Assembly: GCA_963698765.1 (NCBI GenBank)
Contig: CAVOSB010000035.1
Coordinates: 48,497-112,496 of the forward strand
DNA length: 64,000 bases
Reading direction: 5' to 3'
From: an uncultured Chloroflexia bacterium
GTDB taxonomy: Bacteria; Chloroflexota; Anaerolineae; Anaerolineales; UBA4823
In this document: piece after piece, positions 10,920-20,921 of the stretch
Layout: each line of letters begins with the position of its first letter
Numbering within the stretch: the stretch's first letter is position 1
Notes under the pieces: generated by a model
Database searches by the model: none
Told to the model about the DNA's origin: nothing
Seen by the model: the letters and a program-made list of their open reading frames with translations, nothing else
Position numbers and translations under genes: made by a program

Positions 10920-12551
10920 ATGGCCAAGCAATTAATTTTCTCTGAAGATGCACGTCGCCGCCTGTCGCAGGGTATGGAAATCCTGGCGAATGCCGTCGCC
11001 ACCACCCTGGGCCCCAAAGGCCGCAACGTGGCCCTGGACAAGAAATTCGGCTCCCCCACCATCACCCACGACGGCGTGACCGTGGCGAAAGAAATCGAGC
11101 TGGAAGACCCGTTTGAGAATATGGGCGCCCAGCTGCTCAAGGAAGCCGCCACCAAGACCAACGACATCGCCGGCGACGGCACCACCACCTCCACCGTCCT
11201 GGCGCACGCCATCGTCGTGGAAGGCATGAAGAACCTGGCTGCCGGCGCCAACCCGATGCTGCTCAAGCGCGGCATCGAAGCCGCCACCAAGGCTGTGGCT
11301 GACAAAATCAACGAGCAGGCCATCGAGCTGACCACCAAGGAAGAAATCGCCAACGTGGCTTCGATTTCCGCCCAGGACCGCATCATCGGCGAGCTGATCG
11401 CCGAGGTGATGGACAAGGTCGGCAAAGACGGCGTCATCACCGTCGAAGAGTCCAAGGGCCTGGAGTTCGAAACCGAGTACGTCGAAGGTATGCAGTTCGA
11501 CCGCGGTTACATCTCGCCCTATTTCATCACCGACCCCGAGCACATGGAAGCCGTCATCGCGAGCCCTACATGCTGATCCACGACAAGAAGATCTCCGCCG
11601 CCACGGACATCGTCCCCGTGCTGGAGAAGCTGGTGCAGGTCGGCAAGCGTGAGCTGGTGATCATCGCCGAGGATATCGACGGCGAAGCGCTGGCGACCCT
11701 GGTGCTGAACAAGCTGCGCGGCATGCTGAACGTCGTCGCCGTCAAGGCCCCCGGCTTCGGCGATCGCCGCAAGGCCATGCTGCAGGACATCGCCGTCCTG
11801 ACCGGCGCCAATGTGATCTCCGAAGAGACCGGCCGCAAGCTGGAAAGCACCACCATCAGCCGACCTGGGCCGCTGCGAGAAGGTCGTCGTCACCAAGGAC
11901 GACACCACCGTCATCGGCGGCAAGGGCGACACAGCCATGATCAAGGGCCGCATCGAGCAGATCCGCGTCGAGATCGACAAGAGCACCAGCGATTACGACA
12001 AGGAAAAGCTGCAGGAGCGCCTGGCCAAGCTGTCCGGCGGCGTGGCGATCATCCGCGTCGGCGCAGCCACCGAGACCGAGCTGAAGGAAAAGAAGCACCG
12101 CGTCGAAGACGCCCTGTCGGCCACGCGTGCCGCGGTTGAAGAAGGCATCGTCCCCGGCGGCGGCGTGGCGCTGATCAACGCCATCCCCGCCCTGGTCGAG
12201 CCTGAAGATGGATGGCGAGGACGCCCAGATCGGCGTGAACATCGTCCGCAAGGCGCTGGAAATGCCGCTGCGCAAGATCGCCGAGAACGCTGGCAAAGAA
12301 GGCTCCGTCATCCTCGAAGGCGTGCGCCAGGCCCAGAAGAGCAAGAAGAACCTGCGCTTTGGGTACGACGTGATCAAGGAAGAATATCGTGGATATGGTT
12401 GACGGCGGCGTGATCGACCCCGCCAAGGTGACCCGCGGCGCGCTCGGAAAATGCAGCTTCGATCGCTGCCATGATCCTGACCACCGAAGCGCTGATCACC
12501 GACCTCCCCGAGAAGGAAAAACCGGCTCCGCCTCCGATGCCGGAGTACTAG
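10920..12551 (+). CDS. groEL: Chaperonin GroEL (at least 5 apparent frameshifts)
   Basis: [15 protein letters not shown]...[65 protein letters not shown]. It continues in other frames: LIHDKKIS..., [74 protein letters not shown]... The end is PPPMPEY with a stop at 12549-12551. Confidence 0.96.
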
Positions 12552-12626
12552 AAGTAGCGTAATCCGTAATAAGTGACCAGTTGATCAAGTAATTGGGTAT
12601 CGATTGGTCCGTAGAAAAACAGGTAA

Positions 12627-12660
12627 ATCCCGGTCTCTGATTAGAGGCCGGGATTGCTGT
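12627..12660 (+). terminator. Putative intrinsic terminator after groEL
   Basis: atcccggtctct-gatt-agaggccgggat forms a 12-bp stem with one G-U pair, followed by a weak T-rich tail (tgctgtt). Confidence 0.5.
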
Positions 12661-12853
12661 TATAATAGATCGGATTTGTGGGATTTATTTTCGATCGGAG
12701 AACTCGTTTTAATTGGACCAGGTCAATAGTGAATATCTCGTAGGAAAACTGGCGCTCGGGCCGGCGGTCGGCATCCGGGCCATGGACTCGCTGTGCGGGA
12801 TGCCGGCAGTGATGAAGATGGCAGGAGGGAACAGGTGACAAACGTGGCTGAGC

Positions 12854-15699
12854 TTGGCTGATCAAACCTGCATGAATTGCGGTGCGACGAACACCGCCCA
12901 GGCTAAATTCTGCCTCAGGTGTGGTGAGTCGTTATCGGAGCTGCAGGAAGTTCGCCAGCCTGCCAGTAAAATTTTATGCTGGAACTGCGGCGTCTTCGAA
13001 CCGCCTGGATGCAAAATTCTGCCTGAGCTGCGGCCAGTCGCTGGTTCACCTGCAAAGTCGCACCTACCCAATCAGCATCGTTTCCTCCGAGAAACCCCCG
13101 GTCCGCCAGGCGAGTAAAGGCGAATACAAATTGGTAGTGCGCTGGATGGGCGGCGCCGAGCAGGAATACCCGCTCGACAAAAGCAGCCTGCGCGTGGGGC
13201 GCAATGCCGGCAACGACATCATCGTCGACCACCAAACCGTGTCAGGTACACATCTGGTACTGGAAACCTCAAACGGCGCCTTCACGGTCACCGACCTGGA
13301 CAGCAAAAACGGCACGCTGATCAACGGCCAGCGCATCAATCCTGGAACGCCGCACAAGCTGCTGCTGGGCGATGTGATCCGCATCGGCGACCTGCAGGGC
13401 AACTGGGTCACCCTGAACCTGGAGCTGGAAGGCTGGGAGGCGCACGGGCGCCTATCCCTGGGCCAGATCAATTTATCCAATATAGCTAGTGGGGTCATCG
13501 GGCGCGCTCCCGACAATTTCCTGCCTCTCAACCACCCGACAGTTTCCTACCGCCATGCCGTGCTCTGAAAAAGAGGCTGGTGGGATAACGATTCGTGACC
13601 TGGGCAGCACCAATGGGACCTTCGTCAACGGGCGGAGGATCAAGAAAATACCGGTGCCTTTGCAAAACTTCGACAGCATCCAGATCGGGACATTCCGGCT
13701 GACTTTCGATGCCCGCAGCCAGAGTCTCTCTCAATCGCTGAACCTGGGCTACCGCATCGACATGCTCGGGCTGGGGCGAGTTGTGCCGAAGAATAAGATC
13801 ATCCTGCAGGATATCGACCTGACCATCAATCCAGGGGAGTTCGTGGCCCTGGTGGGGGGCAGCGGGGCTGGAAAGAGCACCCTGCTGAAAGCGCTCAACG
13901 GCTATGAGCCTGCCACCCAGGGGCAGATATTGATCGACGGCGAGCCGTTGTACCCCAGGCTGGACCTGTACCGTACACAGATGGGCTACGTCCCCCAGGA
14001 CGATATCATCCACCTGGTTCTACCCGTGCATTTGGCCCTGTGGTACGCAGCCAGGTTGCGACTGCCAGACGCCCGCCCGCCGGAGATCAAAGCTCGCATC
14101 CAGGCTGCCCTGAAATCGGTGGACATGCTGGAGCATGCCGGCAAACCGGTGCGGGTGTTAAGCGGCGGGCAGCGCAAGCGCGTCAGCATCGCCGTCGAGC
14201 TGCTGGCACACCCGGCGCTCTTCTTCCTGGACGAGCCAACTTCCGGATTAGATCCCGGTCTCGAAAAGAAGATGATGTACGACCTGGCACGCCTGGCGGA
14301 CGAAGGTCGGGCGGTGGTGCTGGTGACGCACGCCACGGCGAACATCGACCAGTGCGACCAGGTGGCCTTCCTGGCGGATGGTCGGCTAGTTTTCTACGGC
14401 TCGCCGGACGACGCCCTGCAGTTCTACAACGTGCGCGACTTTGCAGATATCTACCTGAAACTGAGCCAGGAAATCGACCCCTCCCAGGGCAAATTCGCAT
14501 CCCTGGAAATCAAGCCGCTTTATGCACAGGCCTCCCACCAGGGTAAAAAGCCCTCCTCCGGCGCCCTGTGGGCCGAGCATTTCCGCCAGTCGCCGTATTT
14601 CCAGAATTACATCGCCGACCGCCAGCAGAGACTGGATGCGGACGCGTCAGCCCCAGGCGCTGGAAAGAAATACCCGCCGCGCTCGCGCAACTCCTTCTTA
14701 CGGCAGACACTGGTGTTGGCTCGCCGGCAGATCGACCTGATCCGTTTCGATATGCGCACCCTGCTTACCCTGCTGTTGATCGTACCCGTCATTGGCATCC
14801 TGTTCGGGGGAGTCAGCAAACCCTATGCCTTCAAAGGGGAGGTCACCTATGACTCCCCGCAGGTAGACACGTTCGAGGAGATCGTCGATTTCCACGAGGA
14901 GCAGCTTAAAGGTAAAACCCCCGGTGAAGCGGGAGCTGAAATCCTGTACATTCCCATCGCCGGCGCCCGCCAGCTGGTCAACATGGTGGCGCTGGCCATC
15001 GTGCAGGCGGGGACGTTCATTGCCGCCTTCGAGATCGTCAAAGAAAAGGCGATCTTCCAGCGGGAGCGGGCAGTCAATATGAAGGTGCTCTCATACCTGC
15101 TCTCCAAATTACTTGTCCTGGGCGGCGTGGCGGTGTTTCACGTGCTCAGCATGCTGCTGATTCTGAGGCTGTTCGGGGTAGACCTGGATGTTCCGGGTGC
15201 GGTCTTTGGGAATAGTACCCAGTTGGAGCTGTTCATCACCTTCTACCTGGGCATGCTGGCGGGTATCACCCTGGGCCTGCTGATATCGACCATTATGCCT
15301 TCCACGGAGCTGGTGCTGTTCGTGGTATTGATCCAGCTGTTTGCGCAGATCATCCTGAATGGGACGCTCTTCCAGATCGATAACCCGATGATTCCGCAGA
15401 TGTCGCCCACCTATTGGACCACCGTGGGTATAGGCTCGACCGTCGACCTGCCGGAGCTGAACAGCCGGGGCATGGTCTGCAAGGTGGTCGAATTCCAGGA
15501 CCCTGCTAGCGGAGCACAATCCAGCGAGGTGCAGTGCTCTGCTTCCCAGGCCAAGCTGCTCCCGGGGGGAACCGCTGAAAACAAAGATGGCGATTACAGG
15601 CATTCAGCCGGCCGGGTCATCACCACCTGGGTAGTTCTGATCATACAGGGGGTGACGTATTTCATGCTGGCGCTGCTGCTTCTGTGGCGACGGAGGTAG
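12854..15699 (+). CDS. Fusion protein: double zinc ribbon + two FHA domains + ABC ATPase + ABC-2/ABCG-like permease (2 frameshifts, near 12990 and 13560)
   Basis: Two zinc ribbons: CMNCGATNTAQAKFCLRCG and CWNCG...AKFCLSCG. FHA1 is LRVGRNAGNDIIVDHQTVSGTHLVLE...TDLDSKNGTLINGQRI. FHA2 is VIGRAPDNFLPLNHPTVSYRHAVL/EKEAGGITIRDLGSTNGTFVNGRRI. Walker A is GGSGAGKSTLL, the signature is LSGGQRKRVSIA and Walker B is LFFLDEPTSGLD. About 6 TM helices follow at the C-terminus. Confidence 0.82.
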
Positions 15700-15858
15700 C
15701 GCAAGAAATCGAGCAGCGCGAATCGGGTTGTTGGCTGCGGCGTGCAGCCTATCGGCGGATTGGGGATTGGTTGGAATTCCGAAGTAACTTGACGTCGGCC
15801 TGGAAGGGGAGGATATCCTATCGATAGCTAATCTTTTACCGCTCAAAGCCGTGAAAGA

Positions 15859-15893
15859 GACTTCCGAAATCTTGCAGATTTCGGAAGTCTTTT
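15859..15893 (+). terminator. 13-bp perfect hairpin plus T-run (REP-like sequence, plausible terminator of the ABC gene)
   Basis: gacttccgaaatc-ttgca-gatttcggaagtc followed by ttttc. Confidence 0.55.
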
Positions 15894-16016
15894 CAGGGGT
15901 TGAAATAAGTATGTTGGTAGAAAAGAATGGCGAGTAAACAGTTCAATCTCCAGCATTAAACTGCAAAACCACAACTTTACAACTCAAAATCGGCCTCGAT
16001 TTTTGACTTTCCAACT

Positions 16017-17216
16017 CCTTTTACAGCAAAATCGATAATCCTGCCTGGGTTAAGCAGCGGCTAAGCTCTGCGTTTTGAAACCAACCCCGGTCATAAACTT
16101 AACAATCCGCTTGAGGTTGAGCATGATCGCAGTTAAGAAGGCCTGCACCGCAAATCCAGCTTTGCCTAAATAGCGACAACGCCCCAAACCATGCCCCTGC
16201 TTGGCTTCACCGAACTTGCGTTCAATCTTGTAACGCTCCTTCAATCCCTGCTGATATTGCGGCGTTTGCTTCAGGTCTAGCCAAACCTGCTTGTTGTCAT
16301 CTTTCTTATCCGTGCGGGTCTTCTTCAGCCGAATGGCAGAATGCAAGCTGGTGTAGTTCCAGATAGTAGTGATTGCTGCCATCATCATAGCCTTTATCCG
16401 CGGTATAGGTCTCTAACGGCAACTCCTGTTCCAGGTCATGATCCACCAGCGAACAGAAGTGATGACCATCATAAGCTTCGCCAGAGCTGGTTTCCAGACT
16501 GGTGATCAAACCGTTTTCAGCATTCAGGCTGACATGGGCTTTGTAGCCAAAGAAATATTGGGTTTGCTTTCTTCTTTACCTTCTTCGTTCTTGACTTTGC
16601 GCTTGTGTTTGACACCCCACTGGGCATCCGGGTCGCGCGGTCCTTTCCCTTTCTTCTTTCGCCTGTGGTCTTTATCGGTGTTGACATTGGCTACGCTGTG
16701 CACACTATCCACGATCTGGATTGAGCCAAACTTGATCCCACTTTCAAGCGCAATCTGTACGATTTCCTCCAACAGCTCTTGAAACACTTTCAGCTTGCCG
16801 CGCTTCAGCAGCCGCTCTCGAAAAACGGTCAGCGTCGAATGGTCCGGTGCTTTCTGATCTACCGCCAATCCTACAAAGTATTTGGCCGGCAGGTTCTCAT
16901 TGATATACACTTCCACCTGCCGTTCAGATAGGTTGTACAGATAGGCGATCAATTCCACCTTCAGAACCAATGCCGGGTCGAATGGCGGTCTGCCTACCAG
17001 GCCTTCCCCTTTGTACAGCCTGATCAGCCTGCGGGTAAAGCGCTCCCAATCGATCTCTTGCTTCAGCTTGCGCAGAAAATGATCTTGAGGGACCACCTGG
17101 TCATATAAATAATCACCAAAGAAGGAATCTTCACCCGTTTCTACAAATCGCTGTCTGCTCCATTGGATGCTCCTTGAGGAAGTATGCTGCGATTGTATTA
17201 AACTTTTGCTGAAAGG
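16017..17216 (-). mobile_element. IS5/IS1182-superfamily insertion sequence (~1.2 kb), boundaries approximate
   Basis: A transposase gene lies inside. Imperfect terminal inverted repeats are seen: left ccttttacagcaaaa (16017-) versus the reverse complement of the right end cctttcagcaaaa (-17216). I could not identify a clear target-site duplication. Confidence 0.6.
16050..17165 (-). CDS. DDE transposase (InsH/DUF772-type N-domain plus DDE C-domain), 2-3 frameshifts
   Basis: FFGDYLYDQVVPQDHFLRKLKQEIDWERF...GRPPFDPALVLKVELIAYLYNLSERQVE...APDHSTLTVFRERL is followed by GYKAHVSLNAENGLITS, YTADKGYDDG and YKIERKFGEAKQGHGLGRCRYLGKAGFAVQAFLTAIMLNLKRIV. These are spread over ORFs 16524..17096, 16306..16509 and 16050..16388. 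Confidence 0.78.
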
Positions 17217-17257
17217 TCAATTCGAACTTGTTTTTCAACAACTCTCCTTTTCTCTCT

Positions 17258-17286
17258 TTGACATTTCCCCCCATCCATGCTACAAT
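17258..17286 (+). promoter_or_regulatory. Near-consensus sigma-70 promoter with no adjacent ORF
   Basis: TTGACA (17258-17263), a 17-nt spacer, then TACAAT (17281-17286). It lies 40 bp from the IS end and 346 nt upstream of rnj. Confidence 0.55.
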
Positions 17287-17292
17287 CCTCCC

Positions 17293-17446
17293 CAGTTAGC
17301 ACACAAGCGTACGCTGGCTGGGGTAAATCCCAGCCTGTAAGGCCGCAAAAGGTTAGCGGGCAATCGAATTCGTTGAGCATGTTCCAAAAACTGCACTAGC
17401 GTAAGTTCAAGCCCTGGCCGGCTAACTCATGGCAGGGCGTTTTTTG
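17293..17446 (+). ncRNA. Candidate ~150-nt structured RNA or terminator-containing leader, class unknown
   Basis: It is bounded by the promoter above and a hairpin plus T-run. Two pairings are mutually exclusive: ccccag/ctgggg versus ggctggg-gtaaat-cccagcc. In addition, gttagc (17352-) is complementary to gctaac inside the terminator loop. I could not match it to any riboswitch, SRP, 6S or tmRNA consensus that I know. Confidence 0.3.
17411..17446 (+). terminator. Intrinsic terminator-like hairpin plus T6
   Basis: gccctg(g)cc...ggcagggc followed by gtttttt. Confidence 0.5.
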
Positions 17447-17631
17447 TTAAATAGCGCCTGCATCCAACCGTCGCGAGATTTAGCGGTTAAAGAGATTCTT
17501 CAGCCTGGAAGATCACCGGGCTTCAGAATGACAAAATTATCAAATACTGAGCTGGGGACGAGTTTTAATAAACCGGAACGCCTGGCTTCAGAATAACTAG
17601 TAAAACAAGGATATTATTGAGGTAAGCAACA

Positions 17632-19272
17632 ATGAGTGACAAGAAATTACGCATCATCCCCCTGGGGGGATTAGGGGAAGTCGGCAAGAACATGATGGCC
17701 TACGAGTACGGCGAAAATATCTTAATCGTCGACACCGGCCTGATGTTCCCCGAGAACGACATGTTAGGGATCGATTACATCATCCCCGATTTTCATTACT
17801 TAGACGACAAGGCCAGCTGGGTGCGCGGCGTGGTGATCACCCACGGGCACGAAGACCACACCGGCGCCATCTACCACCTGCTGGAGAAGATCAATGCCCC
17901 GGTCTATGCCACGCGCCTGACGCGCGGGCTGGTGGAGCTCAAGCTGTCGCGCGGCGGACTGCTGGACAAGATCAAGCTGCACACCGTGCAGGCGGGCGAG
18001 ATGGCAAACATCGGCCCCTTCCAGGTGGAGTTCTTCCACGTCTGCCACTCCATCCCCGATGGGGTGGGACTGGGTATCACCACCCCCGCCGGTCTGGTGA
18101 TCCACTCCGGCGACTACAAGTTCGACCACACCCCGGTAGACGGTTGGCCGACCGACTATGCCAAGCTGGCCGAGCTGGCCAAGCGCGGCGTGCTGGCCCT
18201 GCTGGCCGAATTCGACCAACGCCGACCGCCCCGGTTGGACTCCATCCGAGCGGGTGATCGACCCGGCCTTCGACGAGGTCTTCCGCAGCGCCAAGGGGCG
18301 CATCATCATCGCCTCCTTCGCCTCCCTGATCTCGCGCATGCAGCAGGTGGGCAATGTGGCGGCTCGCTACAACCGCAAGATGGCTTTCGTCGGCACCAGC
18401 ATGCAGGACAACGCCAAGATGGCGCGCAAGCTGGGCTATCTCGACCTGCCAGACGACCTGGTGATCCCGGTGGAGCAGGCTCTCAACTTGAAAGACCGGG
18501 AAGTTGTTTTGATGTCCACCGGCACGCAGGGTGAGCCCACTTCGATCATGGGCAGGTTGTCTACCGGCACTAACCGCCAGTTCGACATCGCACAGGGAGA
18601 CACGGTGGTTTTATCATCGCACCCCATCCCCGGCAACGAAGAGAGCGTCTACCGCACCATCAACCGTTTGTTCCGGCGCGGTGCTAGCGTGATCTACGAA
18701 AACATCGCCCCGGTGCACGTCTCAGGGCATGCCAGCCAGGAGGAGATGAAGCTGCTGCTGCACCTGGTGCGCCCCAAGTATTTCATCCCCATTCACGGCG
18801 AGCTGCGCCACCTTAAACAACACGCCAACATCGCCCGCCAGGTGGGTATTCTCGACGAAAATATCGCCGTGATCGAAAACGGCCAGGTAGTGGAATTTAA
18901 GGACGGCGAGATGAGCCTGGGGGAGCGCCTGCCCGGCGGCTACATCTTCGTCGACGGAGCGGGCGTGGGTGACGTTGGACCCACCGTGATGCGCGAGGGG
19001 AAGCCCTGGCGCGCGACGGCTTCGTCCTGGTCAACCTGACCATCGACAGCAAGACAAAGCGCCTGCGTGAAGACCCGGAGATCATCACACGCGGCTTCAC
19101 CTACACCGGAAACGGAGACGACTTGATGGACGCCACCCGCAAGATGGTAAAGGATGTCATTAAACGCGGCGATGTGGATTTGGAGGCAGACCTGGAGCCC
19201 ACTATTAAAAGCTTTCTTTATAACAAAACCAGGCGCCGACCGATGATCTTCGTGACGACCAGCCAGCACTAG
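17632..19272 (+). CDS. rnj: Ribonuclease J (2 frameshifts, near 18215 and 19010)
   Basis: MSDKKLRIIPLGGLGEVGKNMMAYEY...VVITHGHEDHTGA (metallo-beta-lactamase HxHxDH). This is followed by the beta-CASP region (GRIIIASFASLISRMQQV, STGTQGEP, HVSGHASQEEMKLLL, FIPIHGELRHL) and a C-terminal domain ending TTSQH. Confidence 0.92.
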
Positions 19273-19295
19273 CATAAGTTACACGCAGACCTCAC

Positions 19296-19454
19296 ATTGA
19301 GTGTAGGGAGGTAAAAAGAAAGGAAGATGGTAAAGAGGAAAAGAAAAGGTTAGAGATGATAAAGTAGAGAGAGATGAAAGGTGTAGTATAAGAGATAGAT
19401 GAAAAGGAGATGAGGTAAGAAATAGGAATAGTTATATAAGATGAATAGAAGAGT
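19296..19454 (+). other. 159-nt tract with no cytosine at all on the + strand (purine-rich, AGATGR-rich)
   Basis: By direct inspection the last C before the tract is at 19295 and the next is at 19455. The tract contains six AGATG(A/G) motifs and several GGA/GAGG motifs. Confidence 0.95.
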
Positions 19455-19559
19455 CTGCAGAGATATTCTGGGGAGGCAGCGGGGCTGATGGTCTTCTGTG
19501 AAGACCTGACTGCCTGCGACGATTTTCAGGTCGGGACCCCTGGTGAGGCAGAAAGTGGT

Positions 19560-20140
19560 ATCTACGGCTCGCTGGTGTAAACTGAACAGGTCAACAAACT
19601 GTCCCTCTTCAGGTCGGGACATTGTAGGCTGGCTAGGGCAGCGGTTTCTCAGCTCTGCGATCTACATCAAACGGAAGAATGTGGCAACTACAACGGTCTA
19701 TGAGTAGCTGCTCCGCCAGCGAGCTAGCGTTACTGCTACTCAAAACGCCTCTGCTGGGGCAGGTAGTCTATATACAACAGCTTAACTGCTTGGCTAGCTT
19801 CTTGTCTACTGGCTTCTCTCTCAGTCTGGTCAGTACGCAATCTACTACTACAGTTCTCAGCGTCGATCCACCGCTACACACATCTCTACGAGATCTGGTC
19901 TACATACACTACGTTCTCGGCTACAATCACTGCGTCAATCTCTATCAGCAATTCCTTCACCTTCTATCGCAGCCGTCCTGGTACTACACAGCATCGACCA
20001 CACCACCTTGTGCCGATTGGCGTTAGCTCAACTTATCACATCCACAAAGAAAATCATAGCCACAAACACTTCTACACTAGCAGTTCTAGCACCGAGGTGA
20101 ACACTACTTCGATCACCACTTCATCTACTACATCGAAATC
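19560..20140 (+). other. G-poor, CTAC-rich non-coding tract
   Basis: I counted 18 CTAC tetramers in about 580 nt (for example tctactactacag, gtctacatacactacg, catctactacatc). No credible ORF is present. GC is well below that of the flanking genes. Confidence 0.8.
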
Positions 20141-20246
20141 CATAGATCGACGAAAGACCGGCAACCCCACCAGCAAATGAAGCCTCCGCAGAGACTTGGA
20201 GATCTGCGAAGATGAGTGTAGCCGTGGGGTATCTTTCTTTTAAAAT

Positions 20247-20899
20247 TCAGTCCTTCCAGCCCTGTTCACCCACCAGCGGGACGAAAGCCACCGGGATCAC
20301 CAGCTCCTGGTTAAGCTCTGCCCCTTTTCGGCGCCAGCGTTCCAGGTACTGGCTTCCGCGCCCCCCACCGGGATCACCAGGCGCCCGCCCTCCTTGAGCT
20401 GCTCGCAGAGCGCCGTTGGAACATGCGGTGCGGCTGCGGTCACCATCACCGCCTCAAAAGGAGCGAACTGCGGCAAGCCAAGTGAGCCGTCACCTGTGTG
20501 CACCTGCACGTTAGCCAGGCCAAGCTCAGATAGCAGTTTTTCGGCGGAGCGCGCCAGGGAGGCATGCCTCTCAATCGTGTGCACCTGGGCTGCCAGATGC
20601 GCCAGGATCGCTGCCTGGTAACCGGATCCGGTGCCCACTTCCAGCACAATCTCCCCACCTTTCAGCTCCATCAGCTCCGTCATCAGAGCCACGATATAAG
20701 GCTGCGAGATGGTCTGTCCACTGCCGATCGGCAGCGGGCCGTCGCTGTAGGCCAGGTAGCGGTACTCGGGCTGGATAAAGGCATGCCGCGGTACCTGCCG
20801 CAGCGCCTCCAGGACTAAAGGATCGTGCACCCCCCGGGCAACGATCTGGGATTCGACCATGTGGTTGCGATCGCTGATAAACTCGTTTTCTTCTTTCAT
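20247..20899 (-). CDS. pcm: Protein-L-isoaspartate O-methyltransferase (frameshift near 20345)
   Basis: [40 protein letters not shown]...[12 protein letters not shown]. The C-terminus is restored in another frame ([34 protein letters not shown]). Confidence 0.9.
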
Positions 20900-20921
20900 C
20901 AGACCGCGTCCCCCGGGCGTC

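Noticed and set aside
10920-12551. Frameshifts in groEL, clpC, trmD and others as programmed frameshifting or genuine pseudogenes.
   Set aside because: There are too many, they affect essential single-copy genes, they sit at homopolymers, and they lack slippery-site and structure signatures. Assembly indel error is the parsimonious explanation.
17198-17380. A 60-aa minus-strand ORF overlapping the orphan promoter and RNA.
   Set aside because: It has no RBS, its product is Cys/Gly-rich and meaningless, and it spans the IS end and a promoter. The region is better explained as non-coding.
19470-19530. A tmRNA-like 5' end (ggggctgat...) in the rnj-pcm spacer.
   Set aside because: There is no tRNA-like 3' end (GGTTCGA.TCC...CCACCA), no tag-peptide reading frame ending in a typical ...ALAA-stop, and no pseudoknot-rich body. 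Only the first 9 nt resemble ssrA.
19350-20026. ORFs 19350..19622 (-) and 19679..20026 (+) in the anomalous spacer.
   Set aside because: They are by-products of the skewed composition, where a C-free or G-poor strand removes stop codons. They have no RBS, and their products are low-complexity and rich in Leu, Ser, Tyr and Thr.
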